Below, piece by piece: positions 45,624 to 53,566 of a stretch of 64,000 bases of DNA; the stretch's first letter is position 1, and every line of letters begins with the position of its first letter. Under the pieces are notes generated by a model, which was given only the letters and a program-made list of their open reading frames with translations, made no database searches and was not told the origin of the DNA. A program made the position numbers and the translations under genes. This DNA is from Patescibacteria group bacterium (GTDB lineage: Bacteria; Patescibacteriota; Minisyncoccia; UBA6257; 2-01-FULL-56-20): the NCBI GenBank assembly GCA_018971305.1, contig JAGXBC010000001.1, forward strand, positions 245,687 to 309,686, given 5' to 3'.

Positions 45624-46259
45624 TTAATATCCTCTCTTAATGATTATTTTGGGTATTTCCTCAATGTTTATGAACTTATCCGCGGCGTCTTGAAGTTTCG
45701 CCGAGGCGCTGCGCTTGAAAGCCGCGACTTCCACGAGCCGGCCGACGCCCCATTTTAAGTAGTCTACAAGGGGCAAATGGTCGCCGTCGCCTGTAACGAG
45801 AATAATTACATCTAGAAAAGAAGACATTCTAATGGCATCTACCGCCATGCCGACATCCCAGTCGGCTTTTTTCATTCCACCCGCATAAACCTGCAGGTCT
45901 TTGACGCGAAGTTCAAGTCCGGCATTCTCCAGCGCCTCAAAGAATGCGGCTTCTGTAGACAATACTGGTGCACCGCGGCGCGTTCCGGCAGTCGGTCTCA
46001 CTGGTTGTTCTATTATCCCCTCGCTTTTTACGACGTAGGCCATAGAACGGATAAGCTGCCTGTCGCCGACAAGGTATTTTATAAGTTCTGAATAATTAAC
46101 TCGGCCGTGGTAGAGGTTTTTCGCGGAATGATAAAGATTGTGGACGTCAACGAAGATACCAACGCGTTGATTGGAATATGAGGGGACAGATTTCATTTGC
46201 TTTTCCGGCGTTGAGGAATTATTACGAATTTGCGAATGATCGGATTTTATTTCGGTCAT
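45624..46259 (-). CDS. NYN-domain (LabA-like) protein
   Basis: VGIFVDVHNLYHSAKN...IILVTGDGDHLPLV matches the NYN/LabA fold motifs (vDg.N.....; ...SgDgDf.p). Confidence 0.55.
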   Translation of the reverse strand: MTEIKSDHSQIRNNSSTPEKQMKSVPSYSNQRVGIFVDVHNLYHSAKNLYHGRVNYSELIKYLVGDRQLIRSMAYVVKSEGIIEQPVRPTAGTRRGAPVLSTEAAFFEALENAGLELRVKDLQVYAGGMKKADWDVGMAVDAIRMSSFLDVIILVTGDGDHLPLVDYLKWGVGRLVEVAAFKRSASAKLQDAADKFINIEEIPKIIIKRGY

Positions 46260-46317
46260 TCGTAAACTCGCAAAGTAATTCTCTATCTGCCGGTATTTTA
46301 GTTTTAATTTATTCGGC

Positions 46318-46584
46318 CTATTTCTTTAAATCCAATTTTTTAATAAGTTTTTCGTATTCTTTCTCGTTGTGTTTTTTGAGATAAGAGAGAAGCTTGCGGC
46401 GCTTGGAAACTATTTTTAAAAGCCCACGCCGTGAATGGCGGTCTTTGGCGTTTTTCTTTAAGTGGCTGGCCAATTCGTCAATGCGGCGGGAGAGCATGGC
46501 AATCTGCACCTGAGCAGAGCCAGTGTCTTTATCGTGAACTTTATGTTCGCCGATTATTTTAGATTTTACCCGTTTGGTAAGCAT
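46318..46584 (-). CDS. rpsO: 30S ribosomal protein S15
   Basis: MLTKRVKSKIIGEHKVHDKDTGSAQVQIAMLSRRIDELASHLKKNAKDRHSRRGLLKIVSKRRKLLSYLKK is canonical S15. Confidence 0.9.
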   Translation of the reverse strand: MLTKRVKSKIIGEHKVHDKDTGSAQVQIAMLSRRIDELASHLKKNAKDRHSRRGLLKIVSKRRKLLSYLKKHNEKEYEKLIKKLDLKK

Positions 46585-46652
46585 TTAAATTATTATTGAA
46601 ATTTTATTATCTTTTATCTAAACAATCAAGTATCGGTTTTTTCTTCTTAATG

Positions 46653-46866
46653 AAAAAGTGAGGGGCCGGCCGCGGGATGATGTTGCGATAATGTCCGCGG
46701 CCGGCAGCCTCTGGGCGGTGATGTGGCCGTATAACCCTATGACTGCCACAGCGACACCGCCCTCGCTCAGGGACGCCCACCCGCACGAAGCGACCCCGAG
46801 AATTGGCGCGGGAGCCCGTGTTTCCCGGCCAAAGTCAAAAAACTAAAGAACTTATCAGCGAGTATC
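46653..46866 (-). ncRNA. candidate structured RNA: a GC-rich ~210-nt element with its own near-consensus sigma70 promoter and a hairpin/T-tract terminator, either an rpsO leader/attenuator or an independent sRNA
   Basis: Minus strand: -35 TTGACA (46893-98), 16-nt spacer, -10 TATAAT (46871-76). The transcribed segment is about 65% GC in an AT-rich genome. It ends in an 11-bp perfect GC hairpin gccggccgcgg/ccgcggccggc (46665-46705) followed by CCCTCACTTTTTC, about 70 nt upstream of the rpsO ATG. Confidence 0.4.
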
Positions 46867-46937
46867 GGTAATTATACGCCTTTTACACTATTTGTCAATG
46901 TCAATGTTTTGCGACAGATAAAGTATAATAAAGGAAT

Positions 46938-47822
46938 ATGTCTGATATAGAGAAATTTCTTAATGATTATTTAGCTTATCTGGAGATAGAAAAGAACCGC
47001 TCGCCGAAAACACGGGAGAATTACGAGCGATATTTGGCGGAATTTTTGAAGTTCGCCAGGATAAAGTCGCCGAAGGAAATCACGGAGAATATCGTGCGAG
47101 AGTTCCGCCTTAATTTGGCGCGGAGTGACCGTAAAAAAATTACACAAAATTATTATATAATCGCTTTGCGTAATTTTTTGAAGTATCTCGCCAAGCGCGA
47201 CGTAAAAGTTCTGTCTCCGGAAAAAATAGAATTGCCCAAAATTCCCGAGCGGCAGATAGAGATTTTGGAGTACGGCGATTTGGAGCGGCTCCTGGCAGCT
47301 CCTCGCGGAGGAGGGTTAAGAAGTTTGCGCGATAAGGCTATCCTGGAAGTTTTTTTTTCCACAGGTCTGCGGCTTTCAGAATTATGCAATTTGTCCAGAT
47401 ATATTGATCTGAAACGCGGCGAGTTGTCCGTTCGCGGCAAAGGAGATAAATTAAGAGTTGTCTTCCTTTCTGATTCGGCGAGAGAAGCGATGCAGAAATA
47501 TATTGCGAAACGGACCGATACTGAAGAGTCTTTGTTTATCAGCTTAACCAAAGCCGGAAAAGGAATGGGAAAGATAACGCAGCGTTCCGTGCAGAGGATG
47601 ATAGAGTCCCGAGCCAAAGAAGCCGGCATCCAGAAGAAAATCCACCCGCACCAGTTAAGGCACTCGTTCGCAACAGATTTGCTTGTAAACGGCGCCGATT
47701 TGCGCTCGGTTCAGGAACTTTTGGGCCACGCCAATATTGCGACAACCCAGGTTTACACCCATCTCACGAACAAAGAGTTGCGGGAAATTCATAAAACATT
47801 TCATGCGCGGAGAAGAAGTTAA
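46938..47822 (+). CDS. xerC: tyrosine site-specific recombinase XerC/XerD family
   Basis: Catalytic region HPHQLRHSFATDLLVNGADLRSVQELLGHANIATTQVYTHL (R..H..R..H..Y). N-terminal SAM-like core-binding domain. XerC versus XerD cannot be resolved. Confidence 0.85.
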   Translation: MSDIEKFLNDYLAYLEIEKNRSPKTRENYERYLAEFLKFARIKSPKEITENIVREFRLNLARSDRKKITQNYYIIALRNFLKYLAKRDVKVLSPEKIELPKIPERQIEILEYGDLERLLAAPRGGGLRSLRDKAILEVFFSTGLRLSELCNLSRYIDLKRGELSVRGKGDKLRVVFLSDSAREAMQKYIAKRTDTEESLFISLTKAGKGMGKITQRSVQRMIESRAKEAGIQKKIHPHQLRHSFATDLLVNGADLRSVQELLGHANIATTQVYTHLTNKELREIHKTFHARRRS

Positions 47823-48858
47823 GAAAAAAGATTCCAATCCGGGAACGAGCAGGTGGTTTTATTTTATTAACTACGGAGTTTTGGCTGTGGTTTCAGCTAT
47901 GTTTATTGTTCTCGACGGACGTGGTGCACTGGCCAAGGAAAATTTTGTCGGTTTTTATCTGAATTTTTTGTTTTTCTCCGGGCGAACAGTCGTAATTTGG
48001 ATAGCCATTGCCGCCAGCGTAGGTATGCTGGCGATACTGATAATAAGTTTTGTTGAGCATGCGTTTTCGTCATCAGAGCCGGCCATCTTTTTAAGAAAGA
48101 TTTTTAGTAAAGCCGGCCTTGGATTCGTTATTAGAGGAATAAAAAATTTTTTTCTTTTTGCTTGTCCGGCACTTGCCAGTTACCTGGTTCTGAGCTTGGC
48201 CCTCGGTGCCATCAATACGAGCGGTGCTTTGCGGCTTAAGGATGGATTGATTCTGTCTTGGGATGCGGCGATAACCGGCACATATCCTTTTATTGCCCTT
48301 GGAAATATCCATTATCCCGCCTGGATTTTTTCTTCCGTTACCTGGTCTTTTGATGCGCTGCCGATGGCCGTTACGATTTTCGCCTTTTATCTTTCTCTTA
48401 AAAATATACGGCTTGTCAGGGAATATTCCACTGCTTTCTCTCTTGCCTTGTTCATTATGCTCCCCGTCTGGTTTTTATTCCCGGCGCTTAGCCCGCAGGA
48501 TCGCTATATCGACAATGTTTATAAACTGCCGATTCCACAGGAAATACAGGCCCGGCTGGCCTCTTTTAATCCGCAAAAAGAGTTAACAGATTTTTTCCTA
48601 TCTATGAGGGATAGTAAAAAAAATTTGAACGGAGTTATGCCGACAACGACTATGCCTAGTGCTCACGTGGCCTGGGGAGCTTTGCTTTTTATTTACGCCC
48701 TCCGCGACAGGAAATTATTGGGTTGGATTTTATTCCCCATAGTTGCGCTCTCAACTCTTGGAACGATTGTTCTCGCCCAGCATTATTTTGTTGATATGCC
48801 GACCGGCATTTTATTCGGGCTTGCCGCCGCCGCACTCGCGAAGTTCAGCCTGTCATAA
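47803..48858 (+). CDS. PAP2-superfamily membrane phosphatase
   Basis: PAP2 motifs near the C-terminus: MPSAHVAWGALLF (PSGH-like) and AQHYFVDMPTG (SRxxxxxHxxxD-like). The ORF opens at 47737; the start is uncertain, and Met 47803 overlaps the xer end by 20 nt. Confidence 0.55.
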   Translation: MRGEEVKKKDSNPGTSRWFYFINYGVLAVVSAMFIVLDGRGALAKENFVGFYLNFLFFSGRTVVIWIAIAASVGMLAILIISFVEHAFSSSEPAIFLRKIFSKAGLGFVIRGIKNFFLFACPALASYLVLSLALGAINTSGALRLKDGLILSWDAAITGTYPFIALGNIHYPAWIFSSVTWSFDALPMAVTIFAFYLSLKNIRLVREYSTAFSLALFIMLPVWFLFPALSPQDRYIDNVYKLPIPQEIQARLASFNPQKELTDFFLSMRDSKKNLNGVMPTTTMPSAHVAWGALLFIYALRDRKLLGWILFPIVALSTLGTIVLAQHYFVDMPTGILFGLAAAALAKFSLS

Positions 48859-48869
48859 CCTATTTATTC

Positions 48870-48953
48870 GGTGCCCAGGAGAGGATTTGAACCTCTACGC
48901 CTTTCGGCACGAGCTCCTAAAGCTCGCGTGTCTGCCAATTTCACCACCTGGGC
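48870..48953 (-). tRNA. tRNA-Leu (anticodon UAG), long variable arm
   Basis: Minus-strand read GCCCAGG-TG-GTGAAATTGGCAGACAC-GCGAGC-TTTAGGA-GCTCGT-GCCGAAAGGCGT-AGAGG-TTCAAAT-CCTCT-CCTGGGC-A-CC. The acceptor stem pairs, T-loop is GGTTCAAATCC, anticodon loop is TT-TAG-GA. Confidence 0.8.
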
Positions 48954-48965
48954 AATCGTGGCCTG

Positions 48966-49037
48966 TGCGCGCTGGGGGGATCGAACCCTCGGCCTACTCG
49001 GTGTAAACGAGTCGCTCTGCCACTGAGCTAAGCGCGC
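48966..49037 (-). tRNA. tRNA-Val (anticodon UAC)
   Basis: Minus-strand read GCGCGCT-TA-GCTC-AGTGGCA-GAGC-G-ACTCG-TTTACAC-CGAGT-AGGCC-GAGGG-TTCGATC-CCCCC-AGCGCGC-A. One A:C mismatch in the T-stem. Confidence 0.75.
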
Positions 49038-49041
49038 CGCT

Positions 49042-49830
49042 TCAAGAAAATTCTAACACCATCGGCAGATGGTCGGAAACGTCTATGTCCGGCACGCTGA
49101 AATTTAGCACATTTACGTCGGGAGATACAAATGTATAATCGGCGAACGCTTGGAATTCCGGTTTGCCATAGAATGGAGAGATCTTGCTGCGAGTACGCTC
49201 AATGCCGAATGTCTTAATAAGATTTTTCATGCCTGTGCGTTCTATCATTGCAATGCTTTCGGTGTCGGGCAGCAGATTGAAATCACCGCAAAGTATTTTC
49301 TGGCCCTCTTCGCGCGCGAGAAAGTTTATTATCTTTTGCGATTGTATAAGGCGTTCCGGCGTGTCGGACTTATTTCCTGGCGGATAGGGAAGGCCGTGGA
49401 TGTTTACAATTAACAATTGATTTTCTGGTATCCCTTTTGGTTCAATCCTGATGTATTGAAAATTAGAAGGTTGGCCCTCGGCAAGTTGTGTCGTGTCCGG
49501 CAACTCTATTTTTCTTAGATTTACAAACACGCTGCCGCTTGAGTGCATATGCAGTATTTTGTTTCTAATAAATATTGCTTGTCCTAATGACACATTATGT
49601 TCTGACAATCTGCTGACTTCCGGTGCGAAATGATAATCAAATTCTTTAAGCATAGTTTTAAGTTCAGTCAGGATATCTATCCGTATTTCTTCGCCATCTG
49701 GTTGGATGGATGGAGATTCCGCTATTTCCTGAAAGCAAAAAATATCGGTATCAGCCGATTGCTCCTTGATGAATTTCATGAGCGGTTCATATATCTTTCC
49801 GCCCCAGATGTTTAGGGAAATAAGTTTCAT
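49042..49830 (-). CDS. endonuclease/exonuclease/phosphatase (EEP) family protein
   Basis: MKLISLNIWGG..., DIFCFQEI, GDFNLLPD and SDHLPMVLEF are the conserved EEP catalytic motifs. Confidence 0.75.
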   Translation of the reverse strand: MKLISLNIWGGKIYEPLMKFIKEQSADTDIFCFQEIAESPSIQPDGEEIRIDILTELKTMLKEFDYHFAPEVSRLSEHNVSLGQAIFIRNKILHMHSSGSVFVNLRKIELPDTTQLAEGQPSNFQYIRIEPKGIPENQLLIVNIHGLPYPPGNKSDTPERLIQSQKIINFLAREEGQKILCGDFNLLPDTESIAMIERTGMKNLIKTFGIERTRSKISPFYGKPEFQAFADYTFVSPDVNVLNFSVPDIDVSDHLPMVLEFS

Positions 49831-49840
49831 ATTTGTTTTG

Positions 49841-49912
49841 TGCCCCCGGTAGGAATCGAACCCACATCAACGCCTTAGAAGAGCGTTGCTTTATCCATTA
49901 AGCTACGAGGGC
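49841..49912 (-). tRNA. tRNA-Arg (anticodon UCU)
   Basis: Minus-strand read GCCCTCG-TA-GCTT-AATGGAT-AAAGC-A-ACGCT-CTTCTAA-GGCGT-TGAT-GTGGG-TTCGATT-CCTAC-CGGGGGC-A. Confidence 0.8.
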
Positions 49913-50229
49913 CTTGTTCTTCCCCAATATCCTAACTGAATATATGTTTTTCGTCTATGACAATTAGCACAACGAATGTCGCATTTATTTATTTCTCGCT
50001 CGATAGATTCCCAAGAGTAATGACCGGATAACATTTTCCCGACAATTTTAAATTTATTTTTCTGGTCGCGGTGATCGAACTCCAAAACTATCGGATCTTT
50101 TTCTCCACAATCTATACATTTCTTTGTGGATAGAAAAGAAAACAATTTTGCTCTTACTTTGAGTCGGTGTCTTTTCTGCGCAGCATATAATGCCGCTCTT
50201 TCTTTGTATGGCATATTGTATAAAACCAT
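49903..50229 (-). CDS. small HNH-endonuclease-like protein (CxxC ... H ... CxxCH), wedged between tRNA genes
   Basis: CIDCGEKDPIVLEFDHRD...CDIRCANCHRRKT is a zinc-ribbon/HNH-like arrangement. Its 3' end overlaps the 5' end of tRNA-Arg by ~10 nt. Confidence 0.45.
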   Translation of the reverse strand: MVLYNMPYKERAALYAAQKRHRLKVRAKLFSFLSTKKCIDCGEKDPIVLEFDHRDQKNKFKIVGKMLSGHYSWESIEREINKCDIRCANCHRRKTYIQLGYWGRTRPS

Positions 50230-50312
50230 TCTAACCCAGATTGTTAATATTGCAAAATGGCGTCAGATTTATACACTATCTATATATTCGGGCTTGCCCG
50301 CCATAGCGCGCA

Positions 50313-50383
50313 AGCGCGAAGGCGGGCCGTCGTATACCGGTAGTACGCGTGCTTTGGGAGCACGTAGACTGGGTTCAATTCCC
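50313..50383 (+). tRNA. tRNA-Pro (anticodon UGG), atypical D-arm
   Basis: CGGGCCG-TC-GTAT-ACCGGTA-GTAC-G-CGTGC-TTTGGGA-GCACG-TAGA-CTGGG-TTCAATT-CCCAG-CGGCCCG-A. Acceptor, anticodon and T arms pair perfectly. The D-stem has only 3-4 bp with a G:U pair. Confidence 0.6.
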
Positions 50384-50570
50384 AGCGGCCCGACATTAGA
50401 AACATCTTAGCGAGTATGTCGAGCCTAGATGTTCTTATGTCCCGCAGAAGCATGGCGGATGCGGGACTAATGGTTTTTGCGAGCGCTCTAAATTTTCAAG
50501 ACCAGACCGAGTATAATTAATTTTATCGTACTTGAATAAGGATTTTACTTTCGTTACAATACGAAAAATC

Positions 50571-50642
50571 GCCTGGGTAGCTCAGTGGTAGAGCGCAGCC
50601 CTGAAGAGGCTGGCGTCCGGTGTTCGATTCACCGCCCAGGCA
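50571..50642 (+). tRNA. tRNA-Phe (anticodon GAA)
   Basis: GCCTGGG-TA-GCTC-AGTGGTA-GAGC-G-CAGCC-CTGAAGA-GGCTG-GCGTC-CGGTG-TTCGATT-CACCG-CCCAGGC-A. Confidence 0.9.
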
Positions 50643-50654
50643 CAAAAATAAAAA

Positions 50655-50676
50655 ACCGCCGATACGGCGGTTTTTT
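50655..50676. terminator. rho-independent terminator shared by tRNA-Phe (plus) and rpsA (minus)
   Basis: aaaaaACCGCCgataCGGCGGTttttt, a perfect 6-bp GC stem flanked by an A-run and a T-run. Confidence 0.7.
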
Positions 50677-50685
50677 AAATGGAGA

Positions 50686-51789
50686 CTACTTCTTCAATTT
50701 CAGAACAATTCTTTTTTCTTCGGGTTTTACCGAGTCAATTACGAATTTGTGTGGAGTGTCCGGGGTCAATGCCGCTTTCATTTCGTCGGCGCCGCCGAAT
50801 TCCGAAATGTGTATGAGCCCCTGGTGTCCGCCTTCCAGGTTAATAACCGCTCCGAATGGATTGAATTTATAGACGGTGCCGGAAATTTCTTGGCCGGCTT
50901 TGTATGATTCGCTTATTCTTTCCCAAGGATTGGACTCCATGGCTTTAAGCGAAAGGAAAACCTTGCCCTCTTTAATGTCTACGATTTTTATTTTTATCTG
51001 GTCGTTAACTTTTACTATCTCTTTAGGATTATCCACGAGGCGGTGGGCGAGCTCCGAAATATGGACCATGCCTTCAATGTCCGGGTTATCAACGAAGCGC
51101 ACGAAAACTCCGAAGTCGGCGATGCCCGAAACCAATCCATCCACGACTTGCCCTACGGAATATTTGGACAATAATTCTTTGACGTTGGCCGAGAGAACTT
51201 CGCGTTCGGAAACTATCAGTTTATTGCTCCGGGGATTCATATCTATGATCTTCACGCCTAATTCTTCGCCGATGAATTTTTTAAGTTCGTCTGCTATTTT
51301 TTGGCGATCGTTGTCCGTAACGCGGGGGTAGTGGTCAAGAGATAACTGCGAAACAGGCAGGAAAGCTTTAAGGTCTATGTCACCGACAGAGGTAGTAAGC
51401 CCTCCGGCGTTCGCTGCCAACACCTTTACTTTAATAACTTCGCCGATTTCCATGAGGTCTCCGACTTGTTGCCAGAGTTTTTGTTTTCCGGCTTCCGACA
51501 GAGAAAGTTCTATGTAGCCGTTCTCGCCGTCAACATTAACGATTTTTGCAGGGATTTTTGCTCCTACTTCCAGATTACGTAAAATTTCCCTGGCGTTTAT
51601 GGCCTCAACTCCGAAGACAAGGCCGGTTCCGAATCTTCCTAAATCAAAGTAGGCCTCGCGGGGAAGTTTCTTGATAAGCGTCGCTTCCACGACGTTGCTT
51701 TCCCTCGGCCAATCTGCGGCTTGCAGCTCGTTCTTGATAGCCGTGGTCAGAGCCGAATCTATTTTGTCGTTTTGTTCTACTGTTGGCAT
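50686..51789 (-). CDS. rpsA: 30S ribosomal protein S1 (short, 4 S1 domains)
   Basis: Four tandem S1 OB-fold repeats (e.g. GQVVDGLVSGIADFGVFVRF...GMVHISEL; GQEISGTVYKFNPFGAVINLEGGHQGLIHISEF). Confidence 0.8.
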   Translation of the reverse strand: MPTVEQNDKIDSALTTAIKNELQAADWPRESNVVEATLIKKLPREAYFDLGRFGTGLVFGVEAINAREILRNLEVGAKIPAKIVNVDGENGYIELSLSEAGKQKLWQQVGDLMEIGEVIKVKVLAANAGGLTTSVGDIDLKAFLPVSQLSLDHYPRVTDNDRQKIADELKKFIGEELGVKIIDMNPRSNKLIVSEREVLSANVKELLSKYSVGQVVDGLVSGIADFGVFVRFVDNPDIEGMVHISELAHRLVDNPKEIVKVNDQIKIKIVDIKEGKVFLSLKAMESNPWERISESYKAGQEISGTVYKFNPFGAVINLEGGHQGLIHISEFGGADEMKAALTPDTPHKFVIDSVKPEEKRIVLKLKK

Positions 51790-51856
51790 TAGGGTTGATT
51801 ATAGATATCTAAACAAAAAAAGCAAGTTTTATAAAAAAAGAAGCCCGGTTTGGGCT

Positions 51857-52468
51857 TCAGATGTAGTAAGGCTTGAATCTTTCTACCGTTTCAGACCACA
51901 GTTGGCGGTCCAGTTCGGGGTCCATTGTCCGCCAATTGGCTCTCTCGGGTCGCCCGAGAGCTTTGGCCGCAACTATCCGCCAGTACATTGATTCTGCGGG
52001 AGGATTCCAGCAGACCTGTGGTCCCTCGTCGTGTCCTATCCAAAAAAGATAGGGCCGCGGGTTTTTCTGATAAAGAGTTGCCAGTTTGCTTAGGGGATAA
52101 AAGGATTCTACTTCCGCGTTGGGAAAATCTTTGGCAATTGCTACGGAAGGTTTTATGTCGAAGGGTATTATATGAATATGGGCATGCGGTATTGTTTGTG
52201 CGACCTTACCATGCTCAACGATGGTAACTGGAGATTCATATTCGCATAAAGTTATAGTGGCAGCGGACAATACCATCAAGTCCAACTCTTCGTGGATAAC
52301 TTTTTCGTCCAGAGCTCCGATACAGGGAACCTGCTCCTTGGGGAAAATAAGCGTGTAGCCGCCGTCAGTGATTTGTCCTAGGGTTGCAATTTGATGAAAT
52401 CCTGGGCTCTCATATATGTGTCGTTCTTCAAACTGAGTTCTGTCACAAAAAGCGCATGGTTTGTCCAT
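51857..52468 (-). CDS. HIT-family (histidine triad) hydrolase/transferase-like protein
   Basis: Histidine triad PHAHIHIIP (HxHxHxx). An N-terminal CAFC pair. Confidence 0.55.
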   Translation of the reverse strand: MDKPCAFCDRTQFEERHIYESPGFHQIATLGQITDGGYTLIFPKEQVPCIGALDEKVIHEELDLMVLSAATITLCEYESPVTIVEHGKVAQTIPHAHIHIIPFDIKPSVAIAKDFPNAEVESFYPLSKLATLYQKNPRPYLFWIGHDEGPQVCWNPPAESMYWRIVAAKALGRPERANWRTMDPELDRQLWSETVERFKPYYI

Positions 52469-52645
52469 CTGGTCACCCCTTAAATTAATATCGCTGCCCG
52501 AAGTTTATGTTTTGCCCGTGTTTTTGTCAATAAATAACCGGCTGCAGACAGAGTGGTATTTCCCTGTCTGCCGGGAAATAGGAACTGGCAGATAATAAAA
52601 AAGACATTGGCAATTAAGGCGAATTTCTGCTAAAATATATGAGAA

Positions 52646-53215
52646 ATGGTCATCAATTATTTGGGTAATGGCTCGTTCAGGTTGCAGAGCGGAGAAACAT
52701 CGCTTCTCGTCAATCCCGAAAACAACCGCTTCAAGGCGGATGTCGTTTTGCGCACTCTTTCACCGGTTGATTTGGCCAAAGACGAGAATGCCGCGCCGAA
52801 CGAAATTTCTTTCGCCGGCGAATATGAAATAAAAGGAGTGGAGATAACTGGCATCGCGCTTCCCGAGGAATCCGGAGAAAAATTTTTGAAGACGGCCTAT
52901 TCTGTTAAATGGGAAGATATCAAGCTGGCTTTCTTGGGGCATATGTCCAAGATGCCTTCGTCCGATATCATGGAGAGATTGGCCGAGCCGGATGTTTTGT
53001 TCTTGCCGGTCGGCGGCGGGCATTTTCTTTCTCCGGAACTTGCGGCGAAACTGGTGAAGCAGATTGAGCCGGCTTTTGTAATCCCGGATTTTTATAAAAG
53101 CCCCGCAGATTTTTTAAAGGCCATGGGCCAGAAGGCGGAGCCGCAGGAAAAATTGGTTTTTAAGAAAAAAGATCTGGAGAATTCTAAGAGCCAGGTTATT
53201 GTATTGAAAACATAA
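52646..53215 (+). CDS. hypothetical protein (possibly a degenerate MBL-fold/UPF0173-like)
   Basis: N-terminus MVINYLGNGSFRLQSGETSLLVNP resembles the start of UPF0173/MBL proteins, but no HxHxDH motif is present. Confidence 0.3.
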   Translation: MVINYLGNGSFRLQSGETSLLVNPENNRFKADVVLRTLSPVDLAKDENAAPNEISFAGEYEIKGVEITGIALPEESGEKFLKTAYSVKWEDIKLAFLGHMSKMPSSDIMERLAEPDVLFLPVGGGHFLSPELAAKLVKQIEPAFVIPDFYKSPADFLKAMGQKAEPQEKLVFKKKDLENSKSQVIVLKT

Positions 53216-53232
53216 CGATATAAGATTAAAAA

Positions 53233-53562
53233 ATGGAAGATTTTTTGGGGAAAATTCAATCCGCGGACGAATCGACGAAAAGGCGCTGGATTATAATATG
53301 TACGATAGTCATTATGGTTGTTATTCTGTATGTCTGGCTTGCCTACTTTAATAATCTGATGGCCAGCGTTTCCAATCAGGGGGAGAATATTGCCGATACG
53401 TCAGGCAGTCCGGCTGCAGCCCGTACGAGCAGCGGCTCGACGTTTTTACAATCTGTAAAAAATTCTCCGGCCTTCATCTACAATATTTTTACCAATAGCA
53501 TCAGTTTCCTTGGCGGGATTCTACAATCACCGCGCGAATATATAGTTAAGCCGCCGCAATAA
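53233..53562 (+). CDS. small membrane protein (109 aa)
   Basis: Single [23 protein letters not shown]. Immediately upstream of gyrA. Confidence 0.4.
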   Translation: MEDFLGKIQSADESTKRRWIIICTIVIMVVILYVWLAYFNNLMASVSNQGENIADTSGSPAAARTSSGSTFLQSVKNSPAFIYNIFTNSISFLGGILQSPREYIVKPPQ

Positions 53563-53566
53563 ACTT

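Noticed and set aside
46658-46846. 62-aa Pro/Ala/Arg-rich ORF on the plus strand
   Set aside because: It lies entirely within the GC-rich structured element that has a promoter and terminator on the opposite strand. The composition-driven open frame is interpreted as an RNA feature instead.
46600-46900. Tested whether the GC-rich element is RNase P RNA, SRP RNA or tmRNA
   Set aside because: It has a CGGGCUCC-like motif, but it is too short (~210 nt) and lacks the other conserved P4 and T-arm segments. No SRP domain IV (GGAAG...AGCAGC) or tmRNA tRNA-like ends were found.
50126-50410. 94-aa plus-strand ORF
   Set aside because: It overlaps the tRNA-Pro gene and is antisense to the HNH-like ORF. 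It is spurious.
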